Source: Epithemia pelagica
Lineage: Eukaryota > Protista > Bacillariophyta
Reading direction: 5' to 3'
NCBI GenBank assembly: GCA_946965045.2
Contig: OX337241.1
Span: 620,001 to 684,000, forward strand
DNA length: 64,000 nt
Shown: one piece after another, positions 33,566 through 44,746 of the stretch
Layout: every line of letters begins with the position of its first letter
Numbering within the stretch: position 1 is the stretch's first letter
Program-made: the position numbers and the translations under genes
Notes under the pieces: model-generated
The model's database searches: none
What the model saw: the letters and a program-made list of their open reading frames with translations, nothing else
Told to the model about the DNA's origin: nothing

Positions 33566-34165
33566 TAGAGGTGGCTCATCTCTGCTGGAGCTACTAGGTA
33601 AGCGCTGGAGACGTCTCTGCTGGAGCTAGGTAAGCGCGTCCGCTGGAGAAAAGACTACCTGTGCTACCAGGATAAAAATACTTAGCTAGAAGCTAGTAAA
33701 TCTATCTTATGCTGAGAAAACATGTTCCCAATTCTCACGTAAAAAATGTAAATCTGTAACGGTGGAAGGGTCCAGTGATGCTTGTTTCGCAGATATGATC
33801 AGTCCTGCAATACTGAATGCCCGTTCAGAAGAGGCAGCAGTCGCAGGCAATGCAAGATATTTTCTTGCTATGCGCCAAATGTTGGGATATTCACTTACTT
33901 TCATCTTCCACATCAAGCTCTTCCACCTTTGATGAGTCATCATTATCATTGCAATCAGACATTGTGGAAGGCAGTGTGGAGCAACTGAATGACATAGGGT
34001 CAGTAATGACCAATGCGGAGCAAATGAATGACATGAGAGAACGGTGACCAATGTAGCGCTTACCTGCTTACCTTTCCAGCAACAGAAAATCTCTGCTGGA
34101 GATTCTCCAGTGCTAGAGCTCCAGCGCTGGAGCTGCTGGAGCGCTTACCGCTGGACCCAGCTCTA
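33566..34165 (-). mobile_element. 600-bp non-autonomous hAT element retaining the transposase C-terminal dimerisation domain
   Basis: 8-bp TSD CTAGATAG (33558..33565, 34166..34173). TIRs TAGAGGTGGCTC / TAGAGCTGGGTC (10/12). Subterminal GCTGGAG and GGTAAGCGC/GCGCTTACC repeats. ORF remnant 33707..34051 YPNIWRIARKYLALPATAASSERAFSIAGLI. Confidence 0.9.
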
Positions 34166-34724
34166 CTAGATAGAAGTGTGGCAACAAGCAACAAGTCCAA
34201 GTAAAGCGCAAAAACACAACACTCCTCTCAAGGACGAAGCGCTGGTGCATCGCACATCGGACCCTCTTTTCTCTGGTACCCGCTCCTAGGTAGTATGATG
34301 TGTCATTATTTCGTTCAGACTTGTGTCACATTTGGGGCTATTGGTTATTGCGACAATTCATTATTCATCTTCAGAAGTGTTGAGCGTAGCAGTGCGCCTG
34401 GTTGGGGGCAGGGGCTACCAGCTTCCAGCTAGCCCATAATAAGGATTCTTATAGGTAGCTCGTGCTACCAGTATTGCTCCGTCAGACGCCGCCTTTGTTT
34501 CACTATTGCCCCTTTCAATAGCCTAAACAGGATGAAAGGCTATATGGGTGCCGCGTACACGATCAAGGCTTCAAAACTTTTTTGAGATTCGTCTCACACC
34601 ATAAATCTGAAGCACAATGGCAAGGCGCGAAGAGAGAGAACGGACGAGGAAGCCCTGTTGCGCCGACCAACATGCCATAAAATCACGTCCCTGATAGTGC
34701 ACACTGTGCTGAGTCGACATTGCC

Positions 34725-35462
34725 ATGATCACCTCAAGCCTGGAACACAACACTTACCCAAATGCCAGTGGGAGCCTCCTGGAAGCAGTGCCGTTGCATT
34801 CAACACCATCACTACTTGTGGGAGAAAAACAAACGAGCTGTTCCGTTTTGATGGACCCAAAGGAGGCACAATGTCAACGTTTCTTTCCTTGCGTAAAGAG
34901 TAATGCATTGGTTCGGTTTGGTGGCGTTTCGGAGGTGTGGCCCTCATCGGACAACGACAGGGATGTGAACCTAAAAGAGCGCTGGTACAGCCGAGAGGAC
35001 TTTCATCATTTCAAGTCCGAGCTCATTGCCGATGTGAAGCAGTTTGTCAAAACAAGTCGCAAATCGAAACGTCGCATTGTCAAGGCGTACCGAAAAATGA
35101 CAGAGTCAAGGGAAATAATCAAGCACAACACAACTCTCCAAGAAACACAAGACACGACGATCCGAATAACAGAGGTTGGTGTTTGGTTTCATGGATGTAT
35201 TGATGCTGTGGGCTTGGAAAAACTGGTACATCCTGACATTTATCACGAGAAGAGACAGCGCAGAAACATGTTGTTTCAAGCTGTAGATGAAGTACAACAC
35301 GAGTCCACCAAGTATATGCTTAGCTGTGAGATGCATTCTGCAATGCTTCGTCTCGTATGTGAAAGCTTGACGAACCCTTCTACAAAGTTTGCTCAATATA
35401 TAGCTCAAGCAGCTGCTGATGTTCCTACATCGACTAGTTCTTCGAGCAGTCCAATAATATGA
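34725..35462 (+). CDS. Uncharacterised VRF/WY/GLE family protein, copy D
   Basis: LVRFGGVSEV...RWYSREDFHHFK...AVGLE...DIYHEKRQRR...VCESLTNPSTKFAQYIAQAAA. Confidence 0.75.
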   Translation: MITSSLEHNTYPNASGSLLEAVPLHSTPSLLVGEKQTSCSVLMDPKEAQCQRFFPCVKSNALVRFGGVSEVWPSSDNDRDVNLKERWYSREDFHHFKSELIADVKQFVKTSRKSKRRIVKAYRKMTESREIIKHNTTLQETQDTTIRITEVGVWFHGCIDAVGLEKLVHPDIYHEKRQRRNMLFQAVDEVQHESTKYMLSCEMHSAMLRLVCESLTNPSTKFAQYIAQAAADVPTSTSSSSSPII

Positions 35463-35922
35463 TGGGGGAAAAGACAACGGGGATCTGATGGGAATAGCTC
35501 TTACCCACAAGCTCCAGTAAACTAATGGCAGGATTTTTAGAATGCTTATCTTTCATCATATGCTGTGTTGAGAGCAAGAAGCTTGCATGGAGCTACCGGT
35601 TGTTGGATTGGCATTCCTGTTCCCGTTGAACACAGGAGATCTCAAAAAAAAAGGGAAGAGTCTATTCTTCCAGCTGCCGCGCCTACCCGCTAGGGTACGG
35701 TCGACCGACTGCCCTACAGGAGATCTCAATTTGCCGGGGAATGAAATTTCCAGTCGCGCGCGTTGGTTTGCGTCCAATCCCCCAAAAGAGGGGGAATCTT
35801 GATTAGCCCCTAAGATAAGTACGTACTTACCCCCGCGTAATGCCACGTGCGACCATGTGTTGTGGTGTCGAGTGTCGTGTGGGTTGTGGGTGTTCATGTT
35901 GTCCTTGACGCATTCGGAAAAA

Positions 35923-36927
35923 ATGATCAAAATATCTGCCGTTGTTGTTTATGTTGCGATACACACACTCGCTTCTGTAAATGACGGCTTGGCATTTTCA
36001 GTCGACCATGGTAGCAACGATGCTGTCCATACGACTCACTCGCATCCACGAAGAGCGATCTTGAATTCTTTCACGTCATCTTTGTTAGGAGGTGTCATCG
36101 CGACGAGTATTCAACCGCAGTCATGTGCAGCAGCTACAAGAGATGTGACAATCACACTTGGAAAACCTGGAGAGAGCCTCGGCGTTGAATTATATGACGT
36201 ATCGATTGGGAACCCTTCTTTGCCTACCGTCGCAGTTCGCACCGTTTCCCCTACAAGGTCATCATACTCAGCGTCTTCGAAAATCCAACCTGGAATGATT
36301 CTCCTTGAATATAGCAGGGCTTCCGATGTCGTGAAGCGCATACGAGAAGGTCCATATCCTGTCGTCCTCACGTTCCGGAACCTTGCTGGAGGTGGCGACG
36401 CAATTTCCGATCTAGGAACTCCGATGGTCACAGCCCAGGATGCACTGACTTTAGCGAGACAAACAAGTTCAGATAATGTCGGCGACTTTTCCAGTGATGG
36501 ATCCAAAACGGGATATAGCATTACCAGTCTTCGGGCATCTTCATCGTCTTCAGTCTGCGGGATCAAATCTCGACGAGGAGATGTTTTGGAAATAGAGTAC
36601 GATGCACACCTGTCAAGTCCAGATGGATTGGTTTATGACTCTTCTTTCACTCGAGGTACGGGTCAACCATATCAAATGGTCCTGGGATCAGGAGACATGA
36701 TACCAGGTGTAGATTTGGGTTTGTATGATATGTGCCCAGGTGATACGCGGGGACTTCAAATACCTCCTTTCCTGGCCTACGGAGCACGTGGTAACAAACT
36801 CTTTCAAGTTCCTCCCAATGCTCAACTTTATTGGACAGTGAAGCTTATTTCGGTACAATCAGTGAGAGAGGGTGACGGTACAACAAGGGATGAACTTGAG
36901 GGTAGAGTAGATTATGCTCGGCAGTAA
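35923..36927 (+). CDS. FKBP-type peptidyl-prolyl isomerase with N-terminal PDZ-like segment, probably thylakoid lumen
   Basis: Signal peptide MIKISAVVVYVAIHTLAS...GLA-FS, twin-Arg RRAIL...hydrophobic...SCAAA, and an FKBP core GDVLEIEY...YDSSFTRG...LGSGDMIPGVDLGLYDMCPGDTRGLQIPPFLAYG. Confidence 0.85.
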   Translation: MIKISAVVVYVAIHTLASVNDGLAFSVDHGSNDAVHTTHSHPRRAILNSFTSSLLGGVIATSIQPQSCAAATRDVTITLGKPGESLGVELYDVSIGNPSLPTVAVRTVSPTRSSYSASSKIQPGMILLEYSRASDVVKRIREGPYPVVLTFRNLAGGGDAISDLGTPMVTAQDALTLARQTSSDNVGDFSSDGSKTGYSITSLRASSSSSVCGIKSRRGDVLEIEYDAHLSSPDGLVYDSSFTRGTGQPYQMVLGSGDMIPGVDLGLYDMCPGDTRGLQIPPFLAYGARGNKLFQVPPNAQLYWTVKLISVQSVREGDGTTRDELEGRVDYARQ

Positions 36928-38500
36928 CTACCAAAGCGTACTCCTAGGAAGACCTCTTGTGTCTATTCCTATATTGCTTTACCTAAACCTACGCTTAGTC
37001 TAAGCCTAAGCAGGGGAGTGGGAAGTGGGAGTGTATCGTATAGGAGTAGATCGTAGAGCTGCCTACCAGGACCCGGAAACGGAACCTGCAGGTCGTATCC
37101 AGTCGCACCAAACCGCCAGAGGAAGGAACAACGGGGGTTCGCATTGTGGTATCATTTCACCGGGTTCTGCGGGAATATCCAACGCCCATGATCAACTGCA
37201 ACCCCATGAATCCACGGAGAGCGATGCTGATGTTGCTATGCAAATTCTTGCCACAGATCACACCATCGGTATGGCGGAGTCTTTCCCTCCACCATCTTTG
37301 ATAAATCTTTTGCGTCGAGCGGGAGAGCGCGATCTCCTTGTCCCTGCTGTTACTGTCCCGTTGAATCGTCGTGATGGACAACGTCCACAAGATGCCATGG
37401 AACTAATGGATGCAAGGCCATTGTTACGTCGTCCTCCGGAGCAAGAAAACGACCGGCATATTCTAGCTTCTTCTGGGAGGCATCCTCGTCAAAACGATCA
37501 GCCCAACGAGCAGCCCCAACGACCTCATGATCCACCACCACCACAACCTGGAAGACCCGATAGGGCGCATAGCGTCGCTCGTGTGTTGGAAACCGCACTT
37601 GCATCAGTACAAGAAAATGGAAACGATACAGAAAACAGGATACTTCAGCCGCCATGGCCTCGACCCCAATGATCGAGGAACTATGATTACGTGCAAATGC
37701 TGCATTGGGTCATTCTCTAGCTTTGTACCACGCTTGGCTTCAATAACAGGACATAGTCGTAAAATAAAGTTTCCGAATTTTTGGGTGAATGGTGAATGGC
37801 CATCCGCATCATGGAGTTGTGGATCCTTGTCACTTGTCACCCAATTCAAACTCTTATTGGTATCTATATAAGGAATTACAGACTTTGAATGATTTCACCA
37901 TGACTACGTTTTGAGAGTCGGGCTACGTGATGGATTACAGATTACAGACAACAGCGGAGGTAGACGGTGAATGGATGTACTTTTGATTTGGTCTCTGGAC
38001 TGTGGACGTGTAGCCGATATGATTTCTGACGCCAATGTATTTATTTCTTCATCACGGTTTACGGTTTCCCACTTCTCACCAATCACCAGCAGTCACCGTG
38101 TCCATGTCCTCATTCTTCATGTGCTCCATCATGTCCATGCTCGTAACATTCCCACTTTCCATTCCACATCTGCATGCCATGTCACTTGTCGGAATCGATA
38201 AAGTAATGCAGATTGCAGATCTTACTGTTAGTCGCACGTCACAGATTGTATTGCCTCGACTTTTCCCAGACAATGATTTTTTTAGATCTTCGTCAGCTGT
38301 TCCGACTTCCGACTTCCGACACTCACGACATTCTAGCCTCATAATAATTATTATTATCAATTCACAATTCACGCGTTCGGATCTTCTGCTGGCTGCTGGC
38401 GGCAGGGACTGGCAGCATATTGCGGGGTATTACGGGTGTTTACTATTCCCCAGACAGTGCGAGTCTTGTGGACTTCGGGATTCCGGAAGCAGCAGGACAA

Positions 38501-38517
38501 CAATACCAGCTAACGGT
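38501..38517 (+). repeat. Left TIR of two-gene DNA transposon
   Basis: CAATACCAGCTAACGGT, reverse complement of 44730..44746. Confidence 0.75.
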
Positions 38518-38834
38518 CATAACGTTTTTCTGGGGTCACGTGTCCCAACACCAATTTTGCTCCACAGACTCGTTCCCAAACCATGCCGGCGCCCATAAAT
38601 AAAAAAATCCCAGACTGTAGTTGGACATCTTTCTTTTTAAGTCTATCGTTAAGTTTCTGTCGTACCATCACTCCTGTTCACTCATGATCCATCCAACTCG
38701 GAAGTCTCCCTCCGAGGCCATCGATACCACCAATGGTGGTATCACAATGACAAACCATTGCTATCGAAGCAGCCAGCATCCATTCAATCAAAGAGTGGAT
38801 TGTCGAATAAACTCTGTATACAACTCTTTCGACC

Positions 38835-40313
38835 ATGCCGTCCCTACCCCCGCAGATCAATGCCCCTCCGATCTACGTCAAGGCGATTGACGACCATTTA
38901 CGTATCGGAAGCTTTGTCCATGTGCACCTTGCAGAACGCAACTTCACCACCATTGCCCGCATCCACTCCAGAATCGGAAAATCCGGCCTTAGGTTTGTTG
39001 TATACCCCCCACTGTTCCCAAAGGACGACAAACCACACCCTTCTCACGGCCCCTTACCGACACATCACTATCCTCGTATTTTGATTTCCACTGGATGTCG
39101 AAACGTCGAGTTATACCAATCCAGGTTGATTGTTGAAAAAAAACAAGATGGTGCATCCATAATCATTTGCCCGGCCTTTGTGTTTACGTACTACGAATTC
39201 AAGCACCCGAAGAATGCCTGGACTCATGGGCTCAAGAATGTGTTCATTGTTCGCTTTGAGGCTGTGAAAAAAGATCCAGACAACCCCTCATGCCCCATTT
39301 CACTCCGAGAGGTCGACAACCAAGATCTTTACATTTGTTTCCCGAATGAACACCAGCTTCGTCAAGTGGTTGATGATGCCATTCGGCCTCCACGTTGTTT
39401 CCACCAATCAGCCTTTGTCGGGCTGTTTATGATTCGCAAGGCACTGTTCAAACTCCTCAACAAATGTTCAGGACAGTCAGAAGAAGAAGAGGTCGATCGC
39501 GAAACCATTGGTCTCATCCCGACAGAAACCTGGACTTATATAGTCCATCTCTGCCGCCAAGAAGGAATGAAGACTCACGAGACGAAGGGTTCGGCATCAT
39601 ATCTTGATGTCGAACCCAATTTTACCAGGAAGAAGGTCCGAATGGAGTATCCGACGACCATCATTCGATTTGAATCGCCATCTGAACTTCAATTCTTGCG
39701 CGGACTTTTGGGATTTGGTTCGACATATGGCTCGACTGAACGAAAGCCAACGCTCAAGGATGGCCCAGAAGGCGTTAGTATCAAGCCAGACCACCGCTTG
39801 ACTGTTGTCAATGGCGTAGTATCCGAAGACAGCGACAACGAATCGAACTTTAAGGTTCGATCTCGAGCACAGAGAGTTGATTTGTGCTGGTCAGACTTTC
39901 ACTGCCAGGTTGTTGTGGGCTACGAGCAATACCAATACTCCGTTGGAAACGATGGTAAAATCAGGAACGCTCCACCGAATCCTGCCATGTCGAAGTTGCT
40001 ACGTGGTGATTACTCCGAAGAAGACCCGACTTTGGTGTCCTCGAAAGAGAGTTCGGACAATTCCCCTTCCCACAAGTCTCCCCGTCTCAACAAGAACGAT
40101 GACCAAGTTTTGATTGGCCAGCAATTCGCCGATTGGGACGACGAGAACGTGTACGAGGTCATTTCTGTAGATGATGGTTGTTCCGGTCTGTTTGTTCTTG
40201 CCCGAGTCATTGGAGGACCGTTGTACGACCATGATTTATCCGACGAACATCAAAAGACTGAGAAATGGGAAGACATAGACGAAGTCAAACTACTTATTCG
40301 CCAATACAACTAA
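38835..40313 (+). CDS. Unknown 492-aa partner protein inside the DNA transposon
   Basis: Uninterrupted ORF with protein-like composition and no recognisable motif. Its stop lies 83 bp from the convergent transposase stop. Confidence 0.75.
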   Translation: MPSLPPQINAPPIYVKAIDDHLRIGSFVHVHLAERNFTTIARIHSRIGKSGLRFVVYPPLFPKDDKPHPSHGPLPTHHYPRILISTGCRNVELYQSRLIVEKKQDGASIIICPAFVFTYYEFKHPKNAWTHGLKNVFIVRFEAVKKDPDNPSCPISLREVDNQDLYICFPNEHQLRQVVDDAIRPPRCFHQSAFVGLFMIRKALFKLLNKCSGQSEEEEVDRETIGLIPTETWTYIVHLCRQEGMKTHETKGSASYLDVEPNFTRKKVRMEYPTTIIRFESPSELQFLRGLLGFGSTYGSTERKPTLKDGPEGVSIKPDHRLTVVNGVVSEDSDNESNFKVRSRAQRVDLCWSDFHCQVVVGYEQYQYSVGNDGKIRNAPPNPAMSKLLRGDYSEEDPTLVSSKESSDNSPSHKSPRLNKNDDQVLIGQQFADWDDENVYEVISVDDGCSGLFVLARVIGGPLYDHDLSDEHQKTEKWEDIDEVKLLIRQYN

Positions 40314-40396
40314 CTCCATACTCTATATGATGCTTGCTCTTCTTCTATGATAATCCAATTAGTAACTCTAATGCATTCGATTACTTTATCCATTCA

Positions 40397-43300
40397 CTAC
40401 ATCTCCACATAGTCTTCGTCTAGCGTCACAAAGTTCATCAGCTCTGAAAACTCGTCTTCGTCCGATTCAGAGTCCGAGTCACTCTCATCACTGTCGTTGT
40501 TACCTCTCGGCGGACGATCGAGCCCAATTGCCCAGTCATCCTCAACAGGACCTTCCAGGTCCTCCAATCGAACAGGCGTGTTTTCTGTGACAGCCATTCC
40601 ATATTCGATTGTTCCGCCATTTCGACGAATCCATCCATCGAACTTTTCAATCTCGTCCTCGCTTTTTTCCAAATACTCACTCTTGATCTCCTCCTCTGTC
40701 GTTCCGACAAGGAAAACCATTCTACGTTGTAACCACCTCGCCATTGAGAGCATTCGACTTTTGCTCCCCTTTCCCCCATTTACTGCCCCGCCCCTTTGTG
40801 TGCGAGAAAAGTAATAAGTTTTAAAAAGACTGTTAAAGGCTGTTGGATCATTCGGTGAGTGGATAGTGCAGTGATACAATACACAAGGAACAAACAAACG
40901 ACTTACCTTCCCACCCCTGTTGTGAATGAATCCACAGGTTCCGCCAGTGGAGTAAGTACTCCATCACATGGGCACTACCTAACATGTGGGCGTAATTCGT
41001 GATGCCCTCTTCACCGTACAGGTCACACCAATTCGCGTAGAAGGTGTCCATGTCGTTCTGGAAGGACTTGATTTCCTCGTCGGTGAGATCGTGTCGGACG
41101 TTGATCTTCTTCAGACCTTCACGGAAGTACTGCACACTGGTACTAAATTGTTGTTTCTTGACTGGGTCGCTGATGCAGCGCTCAATCAAAAGGTCGAAAT
41201 ACTTCAACACCTTTCGTATGCGGACATTGTCCATAGTAATGTCCCCGATCTTCTTCTCCTTTTCATCAAAGGGCACCTTCCACTGACTTGGTTGGGTAGG
41301 GGAACCAAGGATCTGAGTCCTCATTATGTCAGTGATGTCATACCTGAATTTAGCTATAGCCACATCACTATCGTGTTCCTTCTTCGTATTGGTTAGACCG
41401 GACTTAAGGCACATGTACAAGAACTTTATGCCCATTCTGTTCTCGAGATGGAGGAGGCATGGAATTGAATCGAGCATCATAACTAAAGCTTCAAGTTTCC
41501 GAGACGACTTCATATTCTTCAGTGTCTCATTCGCCTTATGAAACTCCCATTCGGCAGTCAGCTGTGTCTTCAGACGTTGCTGTCTCAGTTCCAGTCTCCC
41601 CGAGATGTCCAGTCGACGGATCTTCAGGTCGTTGGTGATAATATTATTGTACTGGGATCGTAGTTGGAAGGAGGCCTTGGACAGGTCGAAATGGATGCAT
41701 CGAATGTCGGCCAATTGTGATTCACTAGGATTTCCCTTTGGGTCATGATCCATGTTGAGCATGGAGTGTTTCTTCAACTTTGCCAGGTCCTTGGACATCT
41801 CGGGCATCGTTCCCTTCCGGAAATCCTTCACTTCTTTCTTTAGTTCTGCCATATGACTCTCGGTACACATTTTTACATGTCGACAAATGAAGTGGGGGTC
41901 GGTACTCTTGCCCAACATAACGCAGAACCGACAATCCTTCTTTTCTTTGTTAGTTCGCTGGTGCAACTTCCCACTCTCCGTCGCACACTTGGAACAGGGA
42001 AACCGGCGTTGTTTCGCTGCACCTCCACGGCCCATCAATTTCCAGTCACAGCTCATGTCACAGTTTGTGACTAAGACCAATTGCTTGATATCAAATTTGC
42101 CCGGTAGAACTTTCTCCACCGCCTCCCGAATTTCTTCAAACACCCTTGCGAAAATTCCATGTACCATCGGTGTGGATTCCGGAAGGGCGATACATCCAAT
42201 AGGGAATACAGAATCCCTAGATTGCGCGTAGGGATTGGAAGGGTCGTTGAACTTTACTCCAATCAAAGTGTGAGATAAATTCTTGGTGAATAAGGCACCG
42301 TCCAGACTTTGGGCCAACTTGATTGCCCGCGTCAAAGCCTCACTATCCAGAACTTTCCCGGCTTTGAGTAAACACACTATAACATCGGCCGCACGGAAAG
42401 CAAACCCCTCGGTCCCATCCTTTTGGTTGCGCTTCATTACAAAGGGACAGAGAGTACGCCCAAATGCTTCCACCATTGTAGCGTATTTCTGCAAGCAGTT
42501 GGATGATGGCAGAAGGGTACGCTGGTTCGGAACGCCGTCCGTTTCCACCATTCGGAGTAACTCGATGCCTTCATAGTTTAAAACTCCTCCTTTCTGATCC
42601 ATTAGTTTGAGAATTCTATGGGGAGTAAACACATGATCCCTGACATACTGTCGAAAGACAGAGTATTCGCATTCCTTGAGTTGTCCACCGTGAATTTCTT
42701 CGTCAAGCATGATTTCAGTAAGCTTATTAAAGAAATATCTACTAGACCGACTCCGTTCTGTCAAATTCTTGGTCTTGTCGATGATGAAATCCCTCACCTG
42801 CTGCACGAGGGTGTCTGCATCACTTTCGGCTAAGCAGGATTGTGGACCAGCCTTCATGGTGCATTGATCGCAAACAAAAGACGACGATGTGACTTGATTC
42901 TTGTTGTACCGAGCTCTTTCTTCGGCATTTCTCAGGGATTTTTCACGTTCTTGCAGCTTGCTTTCTGTTGCTTGTAGACGGTCTTGTGCTGTTCTAAGTT
43001 GTCTTTTCAGACGATCAATCTCAGCGAGCAAATCTTCTTGGGTAGATTCTTCAGAGCCTATGGTAACAGGTTCCATGAGAACATCAGGAGATGACGGAGC
43101 AGAGTTCATGGATGAGGGAGGGTCATCTTCCAGCACTGTTTCAACTCGGATTGCACTGGGACTTGAGGAAGAGGATGGATTGGTTTCGGAATGGGTATTT
43201 GAGCGAAATGGGCTTGGTCTGTCTTGTTGACCTGTGGTGGGTACTTCTTCGGGTACTACTGGTGAAGAATTAGAAGGTGCTTGCGGTTGGCCAGAAGGAG

Positions 43301-44210
43301 CCTGTGAAAGTGGGTCAGATGGTGAGTTTGGAAGGTCTGTGTTTGTGTCCTGGTCGTCCTCGTCTCCTTCTTCAACATCCGACAAATACTGATGATCTGC
43401 TATTATTATTGGAACAAATCTACATGAGGGTGTGTCTTCAGCATCAGTGGGAGTGGCTACCTTCTTCTTGCGTCTTCGAGTACTTTTCTTTCGGCGACTA
43501 CTGCGTTCTGGCTCAGGATATCGTCGATCAGTGGGCCTGACGATGTTCCTGTGTGAGGCGACACACTTATAGGGACCTTTTTCTCGTTTGCGGTTGATCT
43601 TCAGGTTGGGTGACGATCTTTCGTCGTCATCGGCGCTTTTGCATTGAGCGCAAAAGAAGTAATCGGAGAATTCTCCGATGTATCGGTCGAGGCCGAAAAC
43701 AGAACACGGTTGTGTGTCTTCACCCTCGAAGTCATCAATGATCTTTTGGATCCTCTCTTTCTCTGAAGCCGTGTTGGCTATGGGGGCATTCTCTTGTAAT
43801 CTTCTGGATCTGGTCCGTAAGTTTGGAGACGGAGGTCTTGGGGGGGATGATGGAGCTGCACGACGCTTTGGGTTGCGACGTGATCCTGCTGGTCGGGGGT
43901 TGGGGGTGGCTTTCTTTCTCTTCTTTTGGTTCTTTTTTGGGGGTGCTTTGTTTTTTCTCTTCTTTGAGTCGGCCTCTTCGACACTGGGTTCTTGGGTCGC
44001 GTCCTCTTCGACATTGGGTTGTTGGGTTTCGACAGGTGGGTCGTCATTTTCCACTAGTGGATCCGTTGAGTTGTCCTGAGAAATCACTTTCGGGATGGTG
44101 TCCTGGAGAATGGACAAAGGGACGAAGGATATGGGAACACAGCATGAATCTGTGCATGGATTAGACTCGGATTCCACCAAGGGGTCGTTAAGAGGCTTCG
44201 AGAGAGACAT
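40397..44210 (-). CDS. Transib/RAG1/CMC-like DDE transposase (exons 44210..40907, 40839..40397; 1248 aa)
   Basis: A 67-nt GTAAGT...CAACAG intron gives SQQGWE-A-FNSLFK. Motifs in order: LAQSLDG (D), TNCDM (D), FPCSKC, PCLLHLE, GITNYAHMLGSAH, SQQGWE (E). N-terminal basic NLS-like tract, CxxC...CxxxH, a coiled coil and a SAP-like motif. Confidence 0.8.
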
Positions 44211-44729
44211 AGTTGTTGTTTCGTCAAAGAAAGGCTTCGTCAAATGGTGATCTAAAGCAAAACAGAGCGACGTGATACGTTTTGTTTTGTTGGGTTGTTA
44301 TTTTGATAAATTGGGTGAGACTGAGGTGCGATTGGTCATCTTATTGTATAAAAATTGATTCTAGTGTAAGGACGCGAGTCGATCTTTTTTCATCACCTCA
44401 CATTTAGAAGCAATGATTCGTTTGGGAATTACTGCTCGTGTAGTTGTGTGCAGATTGTGAGCCAACTTGGATTAGTGAGAGCGTGACCAAGGGCGGGGAT
44501 TCGTTCTTGATTATGTAATGGATGATTGCCCGCCGTTAGTCTCGCTCTCACTATCTTATATCGTCCGTTGGAACGGTCCAAAGTTGGAGGTTGGCCAAAA
44601 TTTGGAATTTTTGTCGGAATGAAGTTTTGTATTTAACAAAAGGGCTTCTAACTGATTAGGGGATACTAAAAATGTCACTTTCTGATGGCGGCTCGCAGGC
44701 TCCTGCGTGAGTTGGCGATGACGGTTAAC

Positions 44730-44746
44730 ACCGTTAGCTGGTATTG
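44730..44746 (-). repeat. Right TIR of two-gene DNA transposon
   Basis: ACCGTTAGCTGGTATTG, reverse complement of 38501..38517. Confidence 0.75.

Larger units (their letters stand above)
38501..44746. mobile_element. 6.2-kb two-gene DNA transposon with Transib/RAG1/Chapaev-like DDE transposase
   Basis: Perfect 17-bp inverted repeats CAATACCAGCTAACGGT (38501..38517) and ACCGTTAGCTGGTATTG (44730..44746), extendable to 21/23, enclose exactly two convergent ORFs. Only AA/AA matches as a possible 2-bp TSD. Confidence 0.75.

Noticed and set aside
37025-38400. ORFs 37025..37672, 37527..37871 and minus-strand fragments
   Set aside because: Low complexity, no recognisable motif and no clear start or splice model. 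Possibly a decayed gene, but unsupported.
38835-40313. Calling the partner ORF RAG2-like
   Set aside because: No kelch repeats or PHD finger are visible; only the convergent arrangement resembles ProtoRAG.
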